From NCBI GenBank assembly GCA_046153645.1, contig JBJXGI010000058.1, positions 1 to 23,640 of the forward strand: 23,640 nucleotides of DNA. The letters run 5' to 3'. This DNA is from Elusimicrobiota bacterium (GTDB taxonomy: Bacteria > Elusimicrobiota > Elusimicrobia > F11). Position numbers and translations under genes: made by a program. This document shows, in pieces, positions 18,964 through 23,640 of the stretch; position 1 is the stretch's first letter; the number at the start of each line of letters is the position of its first letter. The notes under the pieces are model-generated. The model was not told the DNA's origin, ran no database searches, and saw only the letters and a list, made by a program, of their open reading frames with translations.

Positions 18964-19554
18964 GTGAAAAAACTTTACATGGCCTTGATTTTGGGTCTCA
19001 CCTTGGGAGTCGGACACAACCTTCAGGCGGATGATACCCGACTTGGCAGCGATGACGGCACGTTGGACAGCATGGGAACGATCCTGCCAATCTCTGGGAC
19101 CGTTAAACCCATGCCTTCACCCACGCCGATCGGCACCGAGGTAACGCCACCGCCGGAGACGGGCGGTCCAAAATGCGTTCTGGGCAATATGTCGATTCGG
19201 GAAGGACAGACTCCTCCGACCGGCGTAGCCACCATCGTCTCGCGCATCAGACAAGCTGGTAACAATTTGGTGGACATCCACATTTACCACGGAAGCTGGT
19301 ACGACGGTTGCACGACCACCTTGACACACAATCAACTTGACCAAGCCAACGATGTCACCGCGAGCATACCGGTTCTCATACCGAAGAAGGTTGAGGGCCG
19401 CACCCTTAACGTCGCTGGTCGATTCTCCGAAGGTATTCATAGCGAATTCGGTGGTGTAGTAGATTCGGTTCGCGAGGAAAATGGCCAAATAGTCGCTTCC
19501 TTCGTTGGCAACAAACCGGTGATGCTTACTTACGGTCCTTTTTGGTTGCAGTAG
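18964..19554 (+). CDS. Secreted hypothetical protein (~196 aa)
   Basis: AGGAGA at 18951-18956 precedes GTG 18964 (MKKLYMALILGLTLGVGHNLQA signal peptide); Pro/Thr linker; two Cys. ORF track start is 18940. Confidence 0.85.
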   Translation: MKKLYMALILGLTLGVGHNLQADDTRLGSDDGTLDSMGTILPISGTVKPMPSPTPIGTEVTPPPETGGPKCVLGNMSIREGQTPPTGVATIVSRIRQAGNNLVDIHIYHGSWYDGCTTTLTHNQLDQANDVTASIPVLIPKKVEGRTLNVAGRFSEGIHSEFGGVVDSVREENGQIVASFVGNKPVMLTYGPFWLQ

Positions 19555-19567
19555 GCCATAGGGTCTC

Positions 19568-19604
19568 AAAGCCCCTGCCCGCTTCAGCGGACAGGGGCTT
19601 TTTT
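19568..19604 (+). terminator. Rho-independent terminator, possibly bidirectional
   Basis: aaagcccctgcccgc-ttca-gcggacaggggcttt followed by a T run, 13 nt after the stop. Confidence 0.88.
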
Positions 19605-19661
19605 CTTGCCAAAATTCACTGAATTCGCATGGAAAACGGCGCGAACTGTGGGTACGTTTCG

Positions 19662-20438
19662 TTAAACATGTCGCTTGAGGAAAACCCACAAAACGCATAT
19701 CCCTCCCACAAAAATGGTGAGCCCATCCCAATTGGATGGCGAAACTTTCCGGAACGACCGAAACGCGTGAACCACCAGAAATGCGGCCCACACATCAAAG
19801 ACGCTGATGCTCGACAAAGCTTCCACCCAAGACGCCGTGGGCAAGCCAGGAATAAGGTAGAGCCCGGCGAAAAATGGTTTTGCATCGGCGCCGGCCATAC
19901 CAGACGCGAGCAACGCATACAGCGCGGAGAGCGACGCGCCCAACAGGCGGGGGGCCCAGGCCAGGCCCGCGGCGCAAATCACCGTGGAGGTGGGAAGAAC
20001 AATTCCGGCGAATGGCAGCACCAAGACCAAAAGGCCGCTTGTGGAAAGCCACAGCAGCACGTTAACCACCAAGGCGAGTGAGAAATCCCCAATCCATAAG
20101 TCGAAGCTCGCGTTGGGCTTCGAAACGGAACCTAAGCTTGAGAATACGGCGGTGGCAATGACCGCCAAAACGGAGATGAGCATGTCGGAGCGAGAACTGA
20201 TGTGGTCGAAGGACTGCGCGGGCGACAGCAGAACCGAGAAGAACCGTTTGACGAGATTAAAAAGATGCGGACGGTCGGGGGTGTCCGCATCGTGGAGCTC
20301 CGGTTCGTTTTTCGGATTTTTTTCTTCTGTGGACTGAGGAGGAAAAGCGGGCGTAACAGCAGGTGTCGTCACAACGGGACGCGCTCGCCGAAGGAGAGCC
20401 TTCACGCCTGCCAAAAGTTCGTTCAAGCCAAAAGGCGC
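19662..20438 (-). pseudogene. 5'-truncated response-regulator receiver/Yip1-domain membrane protein
   Basis: Starts with PFGLNELLAGVKALLRR, the last helix of a receiver domain, then a Pro-rich linker and a multi-TM Yip1-like region (VLLSPAQSFDHI..., AWAPRLL, DVW). GC-rich, with an abrupt switch to AT-rich DNA at ~20440; no RBS seen for TTG 20468. Confidence 0.65.
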
Positions 20439-20482
20439 AATCTTTTTTTTTAGTTGGAATTTGACCAAGATCTCAAGCCGCT

Positions 20483-20836
20483 AACAATAGATTTTCATTT
20501 TGTTTTTTGTTGTTGAGTCTTTGCATCGCTGATCTGAGCACGGGCAAATAACGGAAGCCTTTAATGGTTTGAAGCTTGGGCTCCACAGTCAATAAAACCG
20601 TGGCCACCCTCCAGTACAAAGGTACTAGAAAAGATGGAGACACTAACGAATACGGTACAGAAGGCATTCGCGGCGTCGACATAGTTGGAGATAAAGGCCT
20701 GGGAGTAACTTTAAAAGTCGAATCTCTCAATCAAAAGCTAAATGAATACCCCGGCGACAAGATCCTTACGGTAACAATACCCCAAGGATGTAAAGATGTA
20801 GACGAACAATTCCATTTCCGGTTTCGACCGCATTAA
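20483..20836 (+). pseudogene. Probable relic of a secreted protein; intact 3' part 20576-20836
   Basis: Same-frame signal-peptide-like NNRFSFCFLLLSLCIA upstream, interrupted by stops at 20549 and 20570; followed by its own terminator. Confidence 0.45.
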
Positions 20837-20856
20837 TCAAAAACTTAGGGATTGAG

Positions 20857-20908
20857 GCAGATGTCTCGGTGAGATTCCATTTCACTGGGACATCTGTTTT
20901 TATTTTTT
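20857..20908 (+). terminator. Rho-independent terminator
   Basis: 18-bp stem gcagatgtctcggtgaga / tttcactgggacatctgt (with GU pairs), 5-nt loop, then a T-rich tail. Confidence 0.8.
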
Positions 20909-20950
20909 AAAAGGCCTATAAAACCATTCATTGAGAAGTCTTCACGGCAC

Positions 20951-21009
20951 AAATCTTCGGGAAATCTTCATCTTGTCATAAGAAAGTCTTAATGCAACAC
21001 TACTATTAT
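20951..21009 (+). promoter_or_regulatory. Putative promoter with 11-bp-periodic direct repeats upstream of the second giant gene
   Basis: aaatcttc (20951), aaatcttc (20962), ttgtcata (20973), aagtctta (20984); -10-like TACTAT/TATTAT at 21001-21009. Confidence 0.4.
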
Positions 21010-21012
21010 CAT

Positions 21013-23640
21013 ATGACGATGAAGGTTTCCTCATTTAAAAAAATAACTTCTTTTATTGTGAGTTTTGCTTATTTCACCACGCAAATCGCGTTGGGAAATC
21101 AAGCTGATTCGAGTATTTGGGCTGAAAGGCGAAAAAAGCTCGATTACCAAATGGCAGCCGTACCAACCGAAAGACCTCAAATGCCATTGCCCCCTCTGGG
21201 TAAAATGAAATTGTCGGCTGAGCCAATGATTATGAAACTTTCTTCCCGGCTTCGACCTGTTGCAGAAGCCATTTCTTTTGCAAATGCCACCATTCAAGAC
21301 ACCTACGACTCTGGTAATAATAAAAACCCTCCCATTGTTATTATTCAAGACATCCATCTCAATCATGAAGCGCAAAACAATATTGCGGCAACAATCCAAT
21401 CACTTATAGATGAAAAACAAATTGGGGCTGTTGGTGTTGAAGGGGCTTTTAATACTTTTAATTTCGCTCCTTTTCGAAGCTATGAAGATAAAAAGAAAGT
21501 CAAAGAGATTACCGAAGCCTTCGTTAACAAAAACCTCTTAGCTGCGCCCTCTTACGTGGGAATTACAAGTGAAAAAGACCCTCCCCTCTTTTTCGGCGTG
21601 GATGAGCGCAAGCATTATGATGCCAATGTAAAAGCTTATTTAGATTCCCGCCCTCTTAAAAAAAATATTTCAAATGACTTGGTCGTCCAAGAACGTGAAT
21701 TAAATGAAAGAAAAGCAAAAACATTTTCACCCCATCTCAAAGGTTTTGATGATTTAAAAACCGCTTACCACAAAGAAGAGCTCGGAATTGGAAAATATTT
21801 AAAAGAATTATTCACATTCCAAGAACCTGACCCCTTATCAACCTTAGAACGATTTGCAGAAGCTTATTCAATGGAACAGCGACTTAATTTTAACCATGTC
21901 GAAGCCGAACGAAAAAGTGTGATTGAAATTTTGGCAAAAAAACTAACTAAAAATGAAACAGACGAACTCATTGCCCAAAGCCTCGCCTATAGAATGGGAC
22001 GAATGAGTTTTGGCCGTTACTACGGCAAAATCAAAGATCTTTGCGATCATAAAGGAATTGCCTTACACAAAACACCTGCTTTTGCTGATTATCTTCGTTA
22101 TGTGCTTTTGGCTGATGGCATTAAAGCAGAAGTTTTATTTGATGACATTGAAAAGCTTGAAAACGAAATCGCTGAAAACCTCATCAAAACAGAAGATGAA
22201 AGAACTCTCATTCTTAACAGTGAAAAACTGTTACTAACCCAAAAACTCATAGACTTTTCACTCACCCCAAAAGAATGGAGCAAATATAATGCCGTCATTC
22301 CCAATCAGAAAAATGATGAATTATCGCTAAAACCATTTGAGGCGTTCTACGAACAAGCGGACATTCGTAGCCACAAAATGACCGAAAAACTGCTCTCAAA
22401 TCTAGGAACCAGGAACAAGGAACAAGGACCCGCAGTCCTCATCGTTGGCGGCTTTCACACCGCCCAAATGACCCAGCTTTTCCGAGAGCAAAAAATTTCT
22501 TACATTGTTCTCTCTCCCAAAATAACCAAAATAGAAGAAGGCAGTGGATCTGCCTACCTAACAGCGTTTTCCAGAGAAAAGACACCACTTGAAAAGATAT
22601 TTAAGGGAGAAAAACTGTTCCTGGCTTTACAGAACCAAAACGTTGAATTTCCACCAACCGCAGCCCGCCTTAAGGGAGTATTCGAAAAAGAAATAAATGG
22701 CCTAGGCACCGTGGAGATTCCAGTTGGCGGGAAAACCACTACGCTTAAAGTTGAAAAAACAAACGATGATCCAACTCAACACATCGTAACTCCACAGAGA
22801 ACAAAAAACATTTTTATTTTGATTCCTCTTTTTCTAATGCCGTTTCTTGAAACCCTTCTCTTTCAAGACATTGGGCTATCAAATCTACAAACACATGTTT
22901 TTTCTTCATTTTGGCTTTCGTCCTTGGCGGTTGCGACCATTGCGGTGGGTGTCCATGCCCTTGCTAAACAAATACTTAAAAACCAACAACCACTGAATTC
23001 AAAAAGTTATATCGCTATCGGATTTCTTTTCTTTGTTTTTTCTCTTCCCTTTAATCCTGCATGGGGGTTCAGTTCAACATCTTCTTTTACTATCGCGTTT
23101 TTAGTTCATGTTTTAAATAACCTTATTGTTTGGGCCTTTAGAGATAAACCATGGTTTCCAAAGTGGTGGCCGATGGCGTCAGTTTTAACCGAAAACGAAG
23201 GCACTGAGCGATTGTTTGCTTTGGCCGCAATCGGAAAAATCGAATACATCATATTAAATGAATTCGAAGTTAAATTACTTAGGAGTATTGGGGTTTTATT
23301 TCCCGGAGGCAGTTCCTTAAAAAATATTGAGACTGATTCTTTACCGCAAATAGAGTTAGAAACAATCCAAGTAGAAACAGAGAAAATTTTGGCAGATATT
23401 TCTTCATTTATTGAACTAGAAAAAGAACATTATGGTGATTCTGAGGATGACGATGATGGTTCTGAAGAGCTATCAAAGAATTATGAAAAATTAATAAAAA
23501 AAATAAGCACAAAAAAAACCTTAGATCCCGAGCAGATGTTCAGTATTTTATTAAGCCTACTAGAAAAATGTGACTCCATCACAAAGTCAAAGAAAAAAAC
23601 AAATATCGAAATAAAAGAATTGAATGACTCAAGAGAAGAA
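21013..23640 (+). CDS. Second large secreted/membrane protein, paralog of 6579..<1 (>876 aa, 3' end outside window)
   Basis: ATG 21013 (or 21019); frame open to the window end by manual reading. MTMKVSSFKKITSFIVSFAYFTTQIALG signal, IWAERRKK, QDIH (21346-21357), VEGA, GVDE, GGFH (22447-22458), EKTPLEKIFKGEKLFL. Confidence 0.93.
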   Translation, partial: MTMKVSSFKKITSFIVSFAYFTTQIALGNQADSSIWAERRKKLDYQMAAVPTERPQMPLPPLGKMKLSAEPMIMKLSSRLRPVAEAISFANATIQDTYDSGNNKNPPIVIIQDIHLNHEAQNNIAATIQSLIDEKQIGAVGVEGAFNTFNFAPFRSYEDKKKVKEITEAFVNKNLLAAPSYVGITSEKDPPLFFGVDERKHYDANVKAYLDSRPLKKNISNDLVVQERELNERKAKTFSPHLKGFDDLKTAYHKEELGIGKYLKELFTFQEPDPLSTLERFAEAYSMEQRLNFNHVEAERKSVIEILAKKLTKNETDELIAQSLAYRMGRMSFGRYYGKIKDLCDHKGIALHKTPAFADYLRYVLLADGIKAEVLFDDIEKLENEIAENLIKTEDERTLILNSEKLLLTQKLIDFSLTPKEWSKYNAVIPNQKNDELSLKPFEAFYEQADIRSHKMTEKLLSNLGTRNKEQGPAVLIVGGFHTAQMTQLFREQKISYIVLSPKITKIEEGSGSAYLTAFSREKTPLEKIFKGEKLFLALQNQNVEFPPTAARLKGVFEKEINGLGTVEIPVGGKTTTLKVEKTNDDPTQHIVTPQRTKNIFILIPLFLMPFLETLLFQDIGLSNLQTHVFSSFWLSSLAVATIAVGVHALAKQILKNQQPLNSKSYIAIGFLFFVFSLPFNPAWGFSSTSSFTIAFLVHVLNNLIVWAFRDKPWFPKWWPMASVLTENEGTERLFALAAIGKIEYIILNEFEVKLLRSIGVLFPGGSSLKNIETDSLPQIELETIQVETEKILADISSFIELEKEHYGDSEDDDDGSEELSKNYEKLIKKISTKKTLDPEQMFSILLSLLEKCDSITKSKKKTNIEIKELNDSREE
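22404..22431 (+). repeat. 4 x 7-bp imperfect tandem repeat inside the CDS
   Basis: aggaacc aggaaca aggaaca aggaccc. Confidence 0.75.

Noticed and set aside
19023..20453. Overlapping ORFs in the GC-rich patch (19117-, 19616-, 19629+, 19984+ and others)
   Set aside because: Expected stop-poor shadow frames of GC-rich coding DNA
20443..20730. Frameshift at the T9/A9 tract joining ORF 20473..20730(-) to the REC-Yip1 fragment
   Set aside because: The upstream minus ORF has no receiver-domain features and is antisense to the + strand relic
18125..21012. Accessory segment as a prophage or integrative element
   Set aside because: No integrase, transposase or phage gene; it lies 5' of the tRNAs and I saw no duplicated tRNA 3' end

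Overview
Bacterial chromosomal window, AT-rich overall; the giant-protein family and gene order suggest Elusimicrobiota or a similar lineage (inference only). The core is one co-directional minus-strand run: tRNA-Arg(UCG), tRNA-Leu(UAG), tig, clpP, clpX, lon, a class V aminotransferase, serA, an ABC ATPase/permease/TPR-like trio, tRNA-Lys(UUU) and tRNA-Glu(UUC). Two very large ORFs are missing from the ORF track because they run off the window edges: 6579..<1 (-, >2193 aa) and 21013..>23640 (+, >876 aa). I read both frames by hand and found no stop codon. They are paralogs. Each has a signal peptide and a shared ~490-540 aa N-terminal domain (QDxH / EG / GVD / FY..A..R / GGFH, resembling the TIKI/TraB/ChaN/EreA hydrolase fold). 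The rest is dissimilar cargo punctuated by 4-TM 'PxxE..H..HxxxN' CPBP-like modules, and includes a uridine-kinase-like P-loop domain and an internal signal-peptide-like segment. This is the best candidate for an undescribed system: modular, possibly self-processing giant polyproteins. Other points are a ClpP with Asn at the catalytic Asp position, a heptamer-periodic hairpin repeat on both sides of tRNA-Leu, and a mosaic accessory segment (18.4-20.9 kb) with small secreted proteins and gene relics.
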